Shown piece by piece: positions 9,498 through 18,296 of a stretch of 64,000 bases of DNA (positions are counted from its first letter, which is position 1; each line of letters begins with the position of its first letter). The notes under the pieces are model-generated. The model was not told where the DNA came from, made no database searches, and saw only the letters and a list, made by a program, of their open reading frames with translations. This DNA comes from a virus: positions 1-64,000 of the IMG/VR virus record IMGVR_UViG_3300036792_000096. The stretch is one strand, 5' to 3'. The translations under genes were made by a program, and so were the position numbers.

Positions 9498-9895
9498 CCC
9501 TTCACCAGATGGACCGCCTCTGCTTCGTGGTGGTGCAGCAAGAGACCGAGGACATGGAGGGCGCCCACTACAGGAACATGAAGTGCGCTCGCGAGGCGAT
9601 TGAGTCGGTGCCGTGGCCGGGTGAGGCGAAGGTGCTGAAAGCCCCGTGCTGGTTCATCATCTGCGACCACTGCGAGGAAGAATTGGAGGACGACGACTCA
9701 GAGCGCGGCTTGCACTTCGAGTCGGCGGAGGACGCCCTGAAGTATGCGCTGGCCCATGACTGGACAACGGACGGCCACCGCTTCTGGTGTGCTGACTGCT
9801 CGGGCGATGGACCCCAGCCCGAGTTCATACCGGTCATTGCCGGCCAACTTGTCCTCGACAGCGCGCTGTTGCCCAAGACATTGGAGACGCCATGA
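9494..9895 (+). CDS. Hypothetical zinc-binding protein
   Basis: CDHC...WCADC; GTGA overlap. Confidence 0.6.
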   Translation: MTLHQMDRLCFVVVQQETEDMEGAHYRNMKCAREAIESVPWPGEAKVLKAPCWFIICDHCEEELEDDDSERGLHFESAEDALKYALAHDWTTDGHRFWCADCSGDGPQPEFIPVIAGQLVLDSALLPKTLETP

Positions 9896-10278
9896 GGGCA
9901 CCCACGCGTACCGCCCGCCAGCTACTCGACCAGGCCATGAGCGAGGACGCCTTGGAGAACGCCGTCGTGGGCTTGGCTGAGCGAGGAGGCTGGCTCAAGC
10001 ACCACACCCGCCCCGCATGGTCGGCCAAGGGCTACCGCACGCCGATCCGTGGCGACACCGGTTTCCCCGACTGGGTATTTGCTCGGGAAGCCACGGAGGC
10101 TCACTCTGCCGGGCTCCTGTTCGTGGAGCTCAAACGGGAGAAGGATGGGACCGCCGTCCCCCGCAAGCGCAAGCAAGCGGCATGGCAAGCGGCGCTCGAG
10201 GCCGGCGGTGGACAGGTCTACGTGTGGCGCCCGTCGGATCTCAGCAATGGGACCGTAGAGGCGGTGCTGCTCTCGTGA
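9892..10278 (+). CDS. VRR-NUC domain nuclease / Holliday junction resolvase-like
   Basis: SEDALE...GFPDWVF...LFVELK...QAAWQAAL...VWRPSD. Confidence 0.88.
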   Translation: MRAPTRTARQLLDQAMSEDALENAVVGLAERGGWLKHHTRPAWSAKGYRTPIRGDTGFPDWVFAREATEAHSAGLLFVELKREKDGTAVPRKRKQAAWQAALEAGGGQVYVWRPSDLSNGTVEAVLLS

Positions 10279-10589
10279 CAGAACTCCCCGAAGACCGCAT
10301 GGCCGCGCTCCCCCGCAAGCCCGGTGAGGCGTACATCGCGGCGCATTGGCTCATGCCCGGGGAAGAGAAGCATGTGATGGTCTACGCCCCGGGCGACATT
10401 GAGCCAGAGGAAGCAATCAGGCGAGCGCAGGAGATGGTCCGTGCCCATGATGTCGAGTGGGTGCAACTCTGGGGTTTGCACCGCCGGCGCGTCGGCAAGG
10501 GCCCCGACGGCTACCGCTGGGCCGTGACCGTGGAGGTTTGCAACCCGGCCCCCGTGGTGCCGCTCCCCGAGCCAGAGGCCATGCTGTAA
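10275..10589 (+). CDS. Hypothetical protein
   Basis: GTGA overlap. Confidence 0.55.
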   Translation: MTELPEDRMAALPRKPGEAYIAAHWLMPGEEKHVMVYAPGDIEPEEAIRRAQEMVRAHDVEWVQLWGLHRRRVGKGPDGYRWAVTVEVCNPAPVVPLPEPEAML

Positions 10590-10629
10590 TGAACGTAGGT
10601 TCCACCACTCAAGAGGGAAGGGGTAGGAC

Positions 10630-11133
10630 ATGGGCAGCGATACCCGCTGGATAGAGGCACCAGAGGTCAAGGACATCGCGGAGCGCCTCATCATGGCCCA
10701 CCATCCCAACCTCGAGCTGTGGATGGACGAGATCCGCTACGTCTTCCGCAACGAGGCCGCCAAGTCCAAGGGCAAGACCGTCTTCGGCAAGGCCCACAAG
10801 GTGACGGCCCTCGCCTGCTACCTCGCCACGAACTCCCCCGGCGACATGAACTCGTTCGATGACTCCCCACCTCCGCCAGCCGACATGTTCGTGATGGAGA
10901 TCGCCCACGACGTGTGGGAAGTCCTGACCCGTGAACAGCGGGAGGCACTGGTAGATCACGAGCTTCAACACATGGATGTCTTGTATGCCGAAGACGGGAG
11001 TTTCAAGCGTGTCATTCGGCCCCATGATATCGAGGAGTTCAACGCCATTGTCCAACGACACGGCGCATGGCGACCGGACATAAAGGACTTCGCCGATGCC
11101 CTTCAACTTCGGCTGAACGTCGAGAGCGAGTAG
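10630..11133 (+). CDS. Putative phage metallopeptidase
   Basis: ALVDHELQH...HDIEEFNAIVQRHGAW. Confidence 0.88.
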   Translation: MGSDTRWIEAPEVKDIAERLIMAHHPNLELWMDEIRYVFRNEAAKSKGKTVFGKAHKVTALACYLATNSPGDMNSFDDSPPPPADMFVMEIAHDVWEVLTREQREALVDHELQHMDVLYAEDGSFKRVIRPHDIEEFNAIVQRHGAWRPDIKDFADALQLRLNVESE

Positions 11134-11139
11134 GACTCG

Positions 11140-11869
11140 GTGGGCATCGCCGATGAGGTCCGCAAGCGCCAGGGCCCGCCTCCCACCGCTGACGATACGG
11201 CTCAGGCCGTCAGGGCTTACTTCGCCATGGTGAGCTCGTGCTCAGGGCACCCGTGGCGTCAAGTAGGCCGCTGCGTCTACTGCGTGCCGTGCGGGGTCAG
11301 GTTGTATCAGGGAATCCTGCCGGCGAGCAAGCGATGAAGCCGGCTGGCAACAAGGGACCGGAAGCGATAAAGCCCCTTGAGTCGGAAGCTGCCACCATCG
11401 CAGGTATGGCAGTAGCTGCCGCATGCCGAAACGATTGGGCACGCGCCCGGGATCTGCTGTACCGCCTCTCGCTGGATGACTTGGAGACGGTAGGCTCCGT
11501 CGTTAACCGGTTTCCTGTTAAGGCAGCGTGGGATGTTCGGTGCGAGCGGCGAGCCATGGAGCGTCCCGACTGGTCTCTGAGATGGGGCGGCAATGACCGT
11601 ACTACCGGAGTCTCAATGGATGAGTTGCTCGGGGACTCGGATGGCCCCTACTGCCCGCAGGCCGAGTGACGGATTCCACTCGCTGGTTCTGCCAGCGCTG
11701 CGACCACGAGACGACCCTTTCGGGCCACGAGGCCCACCACAAGCCCTGCCCCCGCTGCGGAGCCAACCATTGGGCGACGTGGAGACGTGGGGAGGAACCG
11801 TGGACGGACGACGAGGCGTTTGGCCTCGAAGCGGTCGGGACGTACTACACGGTGACGATCCGGGACTGA
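11140..11869 (+). CDS. Three small hypothetical genes (11140-11337, 11334-11669, 11666-11869)
   Basis: Coupled ORFs with CxxC motifs. Confidence 0.55.
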
Positions 11870-11879
11870 TCCCAGAAAG

Positions 11880-11910
11880 CAAAGAGGCCCCGAGGGGGCG
11901 GAGCCTCTGA
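11880..11910. terminator. Possible terminator hairpin between convergent genes
   Basis: AGAGGC...GCCTCT stem; U-rich tail on the minus strand. Confidence 0.4.
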
Positions 11911-11995
11911 GCCGAAGCGGGGCGACGGTCAAGAGCGGGCTTGACGGTGTTCGCGCGTGGTCATGGTAGGTGACCCCGAGGGAGTTGGTCAAGGA

Positions 11996-12226
11996 TCAGT
12001 TTGTCTCGGGACTCCGCAGCGTGTGGTCGGGTCTTCCACAGACGAAACACACGATGTCTGTTCCCAGCGATAGAGGGAATTCGTAGGTGACCGCCGGCCG
12101 CCGGCAGCCCTTGAACCCGCAGACCCGCCGTGCCTCGTCGGGGATGGGGAACGCGGTACGCCAGCCGACAAGTTCCACGCGGCCTAGCGCGGTCTCCCGC
12201 TTCTGAGCAAGTGCGGTAACGCCCAT
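11996..12226 (-). CDS. Hypothetical Cys-rich protein
   Basis: CGFKGC...CFVC; divergent from 12286 across an AT-richer spacer. Confidence 0.45.
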   Translation of the reverse strand: MGVTALAQKRETALGRVELVGWRTAFPIPDEARRVCGFKGCRRPAVTYEFPLSLGTDIVCFVCGRPDHTLRSPETN

Positions 12227-12285
12227 AGTCCATAGTGTAGCGTTAATGTAGACAAATGGACATCCCTAGAAGTGAGGAGACATAG

Positions 12286-12510
12286 ATGGGCGTGGTGCTG
12301 ATCGAGGAGTACATCTGCAACTGCTGCGGCAAGCCAGTTAGCCCCGATGACGTGTGGATCGGGACGCTCGAAACACGTCGCCAAGGTTCCAAGGGCCGCC
12401 CAAACCTCGCCCCCAAGTTGGCTTTCCACCCTACCTGTGCCTTTGCGCTCATGGACAGCGCCGAGAAGGTCGATCGGCCACGGAAGGCAAAGGCGCAAGC
12501 CTCCAAGTAG
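12286..12510 (+). CDS. Small basic CxxC...HxxC protein
   Basis: SD GAGGAG; basic C-terminus. Confidence 0.55.
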   Translation: MGVVLIEEYICNCCGKPVSPDDVWIGTLETRRQGSKGRPNLAPKLAFHPTCAFALMDSAEKVDRPRKAKAQASK

Positions 12511-12511
12511 C

Positions 12512-13285
12512 TCAGACGCTCTGGTCCACGTCGTAGACAAGCTCGTGCCGATCCGCCGGGCGGACCTGTCGATAGACCTCCACCGGAACGTGATCCTGAT
12601 TCGCCATCTCCGTTGCGACCACGAGCAGCACCGGGACGCCCGAGGGGATCTGTAGCGCTTCGATCTCCTCCGGGGTGGGCATGCGGGCCGATATCTCGTC
12701 CCGACGCCACGTGAGGCGCAGTAGGTGCCTTTCCTCGAGAGCCCGGATCGTCCCCCGCTCCACGGGGACCGGCTCGGCGATCTCCGTCCCCTCCACGAGA
12801 GCCGCCGGGAACCACGAGTCGGCCAAGAACGACGGACGCCCGCCCTCCTCCATGACCCGCCGACGCACGATCACGGGATCCCCGACCTCCAGCCCCAGCC
12901 GCCAGGCGACATCCTCGGGGGCCGTGGTGCGCTCAATCGTCACCGACGTCATTCCCCCTGTCCGCCCCAGAGCATTGAGCTCGGCCTGGTAGACGCCCTG
13001 ATTCGAGGCGTCACGCACCGCACGGGACTGGATGACGCTGGCCCGGTAGGGCATGGGCCCCCGCTCGGCGACGAAGGTCCCCCGGGCGTGGACCGTGTGA
13101 ACAAGGCCCTCGGAGCGCAGTACCGCCAGAGCCATGCGGACCACGATCCGGGTGGCTTCGTACTCGGCCATCAGGTCCGCCTCGGTCCCGAGCAGGCCCC
13201 CGACCGGCACTTCGCCGGATGCGATTCTCTCTCGAAGCGTCCCTGCCAACTGCTGGTACATCGGAACGGCGGAATTGCGGTCCAT
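12512..13285 (-). CDS. GntR (HutC/UTRA) transcriptional regulator, KorSA-like
   Basis: PMYQQLAGTLRERI...TEADLMAEYEATRIVVRMALAVLRSEGLV...GTFV; UTRA with ARMPTPEE. Confidence 0.92.
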   Translation of the reverse strand: MDRNSAVPMYQQLAGTLRERIASGEVPVGGLLGTEADLMAEYEATRIVVRMALAVLRSEGLVHTVHARGTFVAERGPMPYRASVIQSRAVRDASNQGVYQAELNALGRTGGMTSVTIERTTAPEDVAWRLGLEVGDPVIVRRRVMEEGGRPSFLADSWFPAALVEGTEIAEPVPVERGTIRALEERHLLRLTWRRDEISARMPTPEEIEALQIPSGVPVLLVVATEMANQDHVPVEVYRQVRPADRHELVYDVDQSV

Positions 13286-13306
13286 GTCTGCCCCCTGACT
13301 TGTGAA

Positions 13307-13350
13307 ACCTTCCCGAAGGTCCTAGGATGGTGCGGACTCATACTAGTCCG
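13307..13350. promoter_or_regulatory. Palindromes in the GntR/transfer-operon divergent spacer (candidate operators)
   Basis: ACCTTC-CC-GAAGGT 13307-13320; CGGACT-CATACT-AGTCCG 13333-13350. Confidence 0.5.
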
Positions 13351-13382
13351 AACAGACGAGAACGGGAAGATAGGGGAGGGAA

Positions 13383-13787
13383 ATGACCGATCAGGAACGG
13401 GCAGAGAGCGTGATCCGGGCCGGCGTGCGTGTTGAGGCAGACGACTTCACATGCATCGGCTGCGGTGAGACCGTCACCATCCGAGTCCCCGGCCGGCCAG
13501 CGGGCGGTCACGGGACGCTCGTGACCGTGGACGATAACGGCAAGGCCGGCAGCCCCGTGGACGTCTGGGTCCACCGCAACCGCAAGTGCGTGGCAGCCGG
13601 GGTCCTCAAGGTGCTCGCCGCTTCCGCCGGGGACGCACAGGACGCCGAGCCCGAAGCGGAAGCCGAGACGCCTCCGGTTGCTCACATCCGTCGCACCGCC
13701 GCAGGAACGGGACGTCGGGGCAGTGACGAGGGGTCTGCCCCGGCAACGCCCGCCGAGCCGCAGCCCGAGACGGAGAAGGCGCAATGA
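13383..13787 (+). CDS. Hypothetical protein, first gene of the transfer operon
   Basis: SD GGGAGG; CxxC...HxxxxC. Confidence 0.6.
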   Translation: MTDQERAESVIRAGVRVEADDFTCIGCGETVTIRVPGRPAGGHGTLVTVDDNGKAGSPVDVWVHRNRKCVAAGVLKVLAASAGDAQDAEPEAEAETPPVAHIRRTAAGTGRRGSDEGSAPATPAEPQPETEKAQ

Positions 13788-14266
13788 CGACCCGCCCCCG
13801 CATCCTCGCCGGTTGGGCCTTTCCCACCTTCGACCGCTACGCCGTGGGTGAAGCCCTCTGGGGTGCTTTCCTTGCGACGTGGATAGGACTGCTGGTGTTC
13901 CGCTACATGCCCATTGAGGGCCTCGCCCTGATCTCGTGGTCATGGGCCGTCGTGCTGGTTGCTCTGTCTCGACCCGACAGGGAGCGACGGGTCTACGTGG
14001 GAACGATTCGGATCATGGTGGCGTCGATCCGGTCCCTTTTCGCCGGCATCCTCTTCACCGCCGTCAGCATGACCGCGAACCATCAGGCTATCGGTGCCCA
14101 CGGATGGGGAGTGTTCTGGAACCAAACGTTTCAGTGGGCAGACCTCGCTCTCGCTGTCATGTTCCTGCTCTGGACGATAAGGAAGCTGGCAAGGTCCATG
14201 GGTGGCTCCATCGTGCCCCGCCGAGTTAGGGCAGCGTATTGGCGCGACTCGAAGTGGGCTGAGTAG
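13784..14266 (+). CDS. Multi-pass membrane protein
   Basis: About four hydrophobic segments; ATGA overlap. Confidence 0.65.
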   Translation: MTTRPRILAGWAFPTFDRYAVGEALWGAFLATWIGLLVFRYMPIEGLALISWSWAVVLVALSRPDRERRVYVGTIRIMVASIRSLFAGILFTAVSMTANHQAIGAHGWGVFWNQTFQWADLALAVMFLLWTIRKLARSMGGSIVPRRVRAAYWRDSKWAE

Positions 14267-14272
14267 GCACCG

Positions 14273-14875
14273 ATGCGAAGCTTCGTGAGTTTCCGCCAGC
14301 CCTCAGCAGACCGCTGGGCGGAGATGAACGCCAAGCGCACGGCGTACTACGCCTCGCCGGAGTTCAAGGCGAAAGCCAAGAGCGCGGCGCTGATTTGGCG
14401 CTCGCTGGGCTGGGCGTTGGTAGCGGGCCCTCTCGTGATCCGGTTCTGGTTTCCACACGCCGTCTCAGGGATCGCCGCAACCGCCGTCCTGTCGTCGCTG
14501 GTTCAGTTGCTCGCAGCGTTCGGTGTCGCCTATGCCGCTCTGATCCGGGGGACTGCAATCAGCGCGCACCACAGGCTGCACCGGGTGCCCAACCATCTGT
14601 TCGGCTACTCCGGACGCTTCCTTGGCCGGCTCTACAACGAGCACTGGTACGACCTGATCCCGGGCTCGGAAGGCGTGAACAGCGCCGAGTACCACATCCG
14701 CAAGCACGTCCCCGGCCTCAAGGGCAGCAAGGCGCACGATTACTTCATCCGCACCGTCATCGCAGCGCTTCTCTGTCGGTTCTGGTGGGTGGGCGTGGCT
14801 TTCGCGGGGGCGTGTTGGTGGTTCGGGTGGAGTCCCGTCGTCGCGTGGCTGGGCATGGTCGGACACAGGATCTAA
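14273..14875 (+). CDS. Membrane protein
   Basis: Two to three hydrophobic segments. Confidence 0.65.
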   Translation: MRSFVSFRQPSADRWAEMNAKRTAYYASPEFKAKAKSAALIWRSLGWALVAGPLVIRFWFPHAVSGIAATAVLSSLVQLLAAFGVAYAALIRGTAISAHHRLHRVPNHLFGYSGRFLGRLYNEHWYDLIPGSEGVNSAEYHIRKHVPGLKGSKAHDYFIRTVIAALLCRFWWVGVAFAGACWWFGWSPVVAWLGMVGHRI

Positions 14876-14908
14876 GGCCGGAAGCCTTGACGAAAGAAGG
14901 GAGTTGAC

Positions 14909-15223
14909 ATGATGCACGTAGCGAGTGCGGGACACATCCTGCTTGCTGGCTGCGATGCCGCGACGTGGATCAACGCGAAGGTCACCGAGGGCTGGGGCAC
15001 CCTTGGCAACGTTCTCAAGATCGCCGCGGCGATCTATCTGCTTTACGTGCTGATCTTCCACCGCACCCTCAAGGCGTTCGTCTTGGCGCTTCTCCTGACC
15101 GGCGTTGCCTACTGGAGCGTCATCGGTGGCGGAGTCAATTGGGTCGGGGGTCTGGTGGGTGGCGAGACCAACAGCGCCCAGGTGTCGAACCTGACTGCTC
15201 CGGCGTCCGGTGGCGGGTGTTGA
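14909..15223 (+). CDS. Small two-TM conjugation protein (TcpD/VirB2-like)
   Basis: Two TM helices; position immediately before TcpE-like and VirB4 genes. Confidence 0.55.
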   Translation: MMHVASAGHILLAGCDAATWINAKVTEGWGTLGNVLKIAAAIYLLYVLIFHRTLKAFVLALLLTGVAYWSVIGGGVNWVGGLVGGETNSAQVSNLTAPASGGGC

Positions 15224-15702
15224 GCACCGAGCAGCGGTACATCCGCTGTACTCCCTTCACCGCCGTCAACCGGCTCCAGCCCCATATCGGCAAGGTGTGG
15301 GGGTGGGACCGCTGGCCTCTGCCCATGACGGTGTTCCAACTCTCGGCCTTCGTGGGGACCGCGGTGGGCCTGCTCCTCGGCTGGCATGCGTGGGGACGCT
15401 TCGGCATGCTCAACTTCCCCATCTACGCGGGAGCCGTGGCGGGGTCTAAGTACGCTACCCGCCGGATTCAGGTAGGTGGCCGGGCCATCTGGGCAGCGGC
15501 TCTCGGGCTGGCAGGTTCCTACACCGGGAAGCCTCGCATGGACGGCCGCAAGTTCAAGGCCCGCCAACTGACTCGCTACAAGGAACGGAGGATGCTGCTG
15601 GTGCCCGACCCGCAGTGGCGCCGGTACCCGCTCGCCTTTGTCACGACCCACGGGCACCGCCCCCGAGTCCGGTTCTGCTACTGGGTAAAGGCGAAGCCGT
15701 GA
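15220..15702 (+). CDS. TcpE/VirB3-like conjugation membrane protein
   Basis: TTG start overlapping the previous TGA; IGKVWGW...PMTVFQL, two TMs, RRIQVGGR; directly upstream of VirB4. Confidence 0.65.
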   Translation: MSTEQRYIRCTPFTAVNRLQPHIGKVWGWDRWPLPMTVFQLSAFVGTAVGLLLGWHAWGRFGMLNFPIYAGAVAGSKYATRRIQVGGRAIWAAALGLAGSYTGKPRMDGRKFKARQLTRYKERRMLLVPDPQWRRYPLAFVTTHGHRPRVRFCYWVKAKP

Positions 15703-18296
15703 GGCCGCTCAGGCAGTACCTCCCCGAATACAAGGCCAAGGGCGCCGTCCCAGCCCGCGCGGCCGTTGGAAACCTCGTGTGGACGCACGGCGGAAGCGTG
15801 CTGGGGATCTGGCGGGTTGAGCCTGTCGCCTACAAGTACCTCTCTCACGCTGGCAAGCTTGCCTATCACGAGTCGGTCCGTTCGACCCTGCTGGCGCTCC
15901 CTCCTGAGTCCACGATCCTGTCCGTCTGCCCTCCCCTGGACCATGTGGGGACGGCCATGGCGGTCCTGAAGGGCCACGAGAACCGGGCATCGTGGCAGCA
16001 GGTAGCAGCCGAGTCCGTGGACCTCCTGCACGAGTGGGACCCGTTCGAGCGGTGGTTCTACGTCGTCGCCCACCTCGGCTCCACGGGCGGGTTCGTGGGG
16101 GAGATCAAAGAGCAGATGACGTCGGTTCTGCGCCGGCCCTTCGGGCGCCCCATGGAGCACGACGTACGGGCCAAGGCCCGCCAGGCGCAGAAGCTGGAGG
16201 CGGACCTCCGCCGGTCGGGTCGCACCTTCATCCCCGTGGGTGCCGGCGAAGCGCGGTGGATCTATGCCCGGGCACTGCGCCGTGGCATCCGGGACGTGCC
16301 CCTACTTGGGGCTGACCGGCGGGAGATCCAGACGCCGGGCTTTGCCAGCGTCGGCGGCGTAGTGACTCTCGAGGGCGGCGACAGGAAGGACTACGGGCGT
16401 GGGCTGCGCCGACCCTATCTGCGGGTGGCCGAGCCTTCGGGAGACGGTCCCGAGGCGGTCGGGTACCAGTGCCATATCGCTCTCGCCGACATGCCCGAGG
16501 GAACCTTCCCGGATGACTACGAGATTCTCTACGCCCTTGACGACTTCGGGTTCCCCGTGGACTGGGCCATCCAGATGCATCGCACGACCAACGCCCTGTC
16601 CCGCCAGCACCTTGCCAAGAAGTCCAAGGCGCTTGTGCAGGAGTTGGGGGGCGAGGGCCGCGCCAAGGAGATCGAGGACACGGGCCAAGTCCCGGCGGAG
16701 CTTCAGGAGGCATGGGACGCCCTACTTGCTCATCGGGAGCGCCTTATCGCCCTGAAGTCCGAGGGCAATGTCCGAGCCACCATCGCTCTCACCGTGTGGG
16801 GCCGGGACCTCCGCACCGCACAAGCTCGAGCAGACGCGGTGGTGGAAGCGCTGGCGCCGAACGAGTGGGGACTGGCTCGGCCCCCAGGCGGTCAGTCGGG
16901 CCTGCTGGAGTTGGGCATGCCCGGCGGCCGTACCGCCGTCGTGGCTTACAACTACGAACAGACCCTTTTGCCGACTGACATCGCCGCTCTCGGCCTCTTC
17001 GCAGGCTCGGACATCGGCGACGACACGGGGTTTCTCGTGGGGGCCCGCATGGACTGCAAGACGAACCGGCCTGTCCTGTGGGAGCCCGCGGGCGGGTTGC
17101 ACATGGGCCAGTCGTCGTCAGCAGTCTTCATCGGAGTCCCCGGCTCGGGTAAGAGCCTGAGTGCCAAGCGGTCGATGCACGAGGGTGTTCTCGCCCGAGG
17201 CGGGCGGGGAATCTCCATTGACCGGACTCCGCAGGGAGAGTGGGTGCGCTTCGCCGACGCCATGAGGGAGGAGGGCTTCTCTACCTCCGTCGTCACAACT
17301 GACGAGGCGGCGCGCAGTTCCTTCGATCCCTTCCGAGTGTTCGCCGATGCGAAGGACCAGAAAAAGTACGCCCTCGGCCTCTACCTGCTGGTAACCCAGA
17401 CTCCCTCGTCCAACCTCTCGGGAATCTGCCTCAGCGACGCGGTAGAGGAGGTATCCCAGCGTGACGCCTCGGAGCGGTCATCCCCGGCCGTGCTGGGTGT
17501 CCTCGAGCAGATGTTTGCGGAGGGCCGGCATGGGGCGGAGGAGGCGTTCTACAAGTTGCGCGCCTTCGTCCGAGGCCCGTATGGGCGCATGGCCTTCGAT
17601 CCCGACTCAACCCCGGCCAACCTCACGGCTGACTTCGTGGTGTTCCACGTCCCGGATCTTGAGCTCCCCGACCGGGAGACCATGCGAGACGGGCAACTCG
17701 CATCGCAACTCCTCCCCGAGCAACTGGGGGCGCTGGGGGTCTTCTACCTCATCGCCGCCGCCGGCCGGGCAATCATCCTTGCCGACCGGGACCGGTTCTC
17801 CGTCCTGTGCGTCGATGAGGCGTGGGTGCTCACGTCGACCGTGCAGGGCGTGGACCTGCTGGAAACGACGGAGCGGGACGGGCGCAAGCGGTACGCCGCC
17901 GTGTGGCTCATCACGCAGCACCCAGACGACGTGTCGGACCCGAAGCTCTCTGCCTTCCTCATCACGCGCTTCGTGTACGCGCAGGGACAGGGAGCGGGCC
18001 CCGGAGCTTTGGCGTTCCTCAACCTCGAGCCAACCCCCGCACTGGTGGAGAAGGTGCAGGACGGGCTGTCCCGGAACGACAGGCTCGACGCCGACCCCGA
18101 GCCGGCTCGGTGCATGATGCTCGACGCCCGTCGCCGGGTGGGCGAGATCGTGTGGAACCCGCCGTCCGAACGCCTCATGCGGGCCTACGAGACCAACCAA
18201 CGGCGGCTGAGTGCCTACGGTCCCGCACCTGTGGACGCCGGAACCAATGGGCACGCTGAGCCCGCCGAACTCGTGGACTACGAGGTAACCCGGTGA
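15699..18296 (+). CDS. virB4: VirB4/TcpF-like conjugative ATPase
   Basis: Walker A GVPGSGKS, Walker B CVDEAW, RDGRKRYAAVWLITQ; ~865 aa. Confidence 0.88.
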   Translation: MRPLRQYLPEYKAKGAVPARAAVGNLVWTHGGSVLGIWRVEPVAYKYLSHAGKLAYHESVRSTLLALPPESTILSVCPPLDHVGTAMAVLKGHENRASWQQVAAESVDLLHEWDPFERWFYVVAHLGSTGGFVGEIKEQMTSVLRRPFGRPMEHDVRAKARQAQKLEADLRRSGRTFIPVGAGEARWIYARALRRGIRDVPLLGADRREIQTPGFASVGGVVTLEGGDRKDYGRGLRRPYLRVAEPSGDGPEAVGYQCHIALADMPEGTFPDDYEILYALDDFGFPVDWAIQMHRTTNALSRQHLAKKSKALVQELGGEGRAKEIEDTGQVPAELQEAWDALLAHRERLIALKSEGNVRATIALTVWGRDLRTAQARADAVVEALAPNEWGLARPPGGQSGLLELGMPGGRTAVVAYNYEQTLLPTDIAALGLFAGSDIGDDTGFLVGARMDCKTNRPVLWEPAGGLHMGQSSSAVFIGVPGSGKSLSAKRSMHEGVLARGGRGISIDRTPQGEWVRFADAMREEGFSTSVVTTDEAARSSFDPFRVFADAKDQKKYALGLYLLVTQTPSSNLSGICLSDAVEEVSQRDASERSSPAVLGVLEQMFAEGRHGAEEAFYKLRAFVRGPYGRMAFDPDSTPANLTADFVVFHVPDLELPDRETMRDGQLASQLLPEQLGALGVFYLIAAAGRAIILADRDRFSVLCVDEAWVLTSTVQGVDLLETTERDGRKRYAAVWLITQHPDDVSDPKLSAFLITRFVYAQGQGAGPGALAFLNLEPTPALVEKVQDGLSRNDRLDADPEPARCMMLDARRRVGEIVWNPPSERLMRAYETNQRRLSAYGPAPVDAGTNGHAEPAELVDYEVTR

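Noticed and set aside
12286-12510. Possible Lsr2-like protein
   Set aside because: Only loose N-terminal resemblance; no Lsr2 C-terminal RGR-type DNA-binding domain recognised
12725-13435. 236-aa plus-strand ORF and similar long antisense ORFs (e.g. 53431-54369, 41724-42530)
   Set aside because: Shadows of well-supported genes on the other strand, expected at high GC
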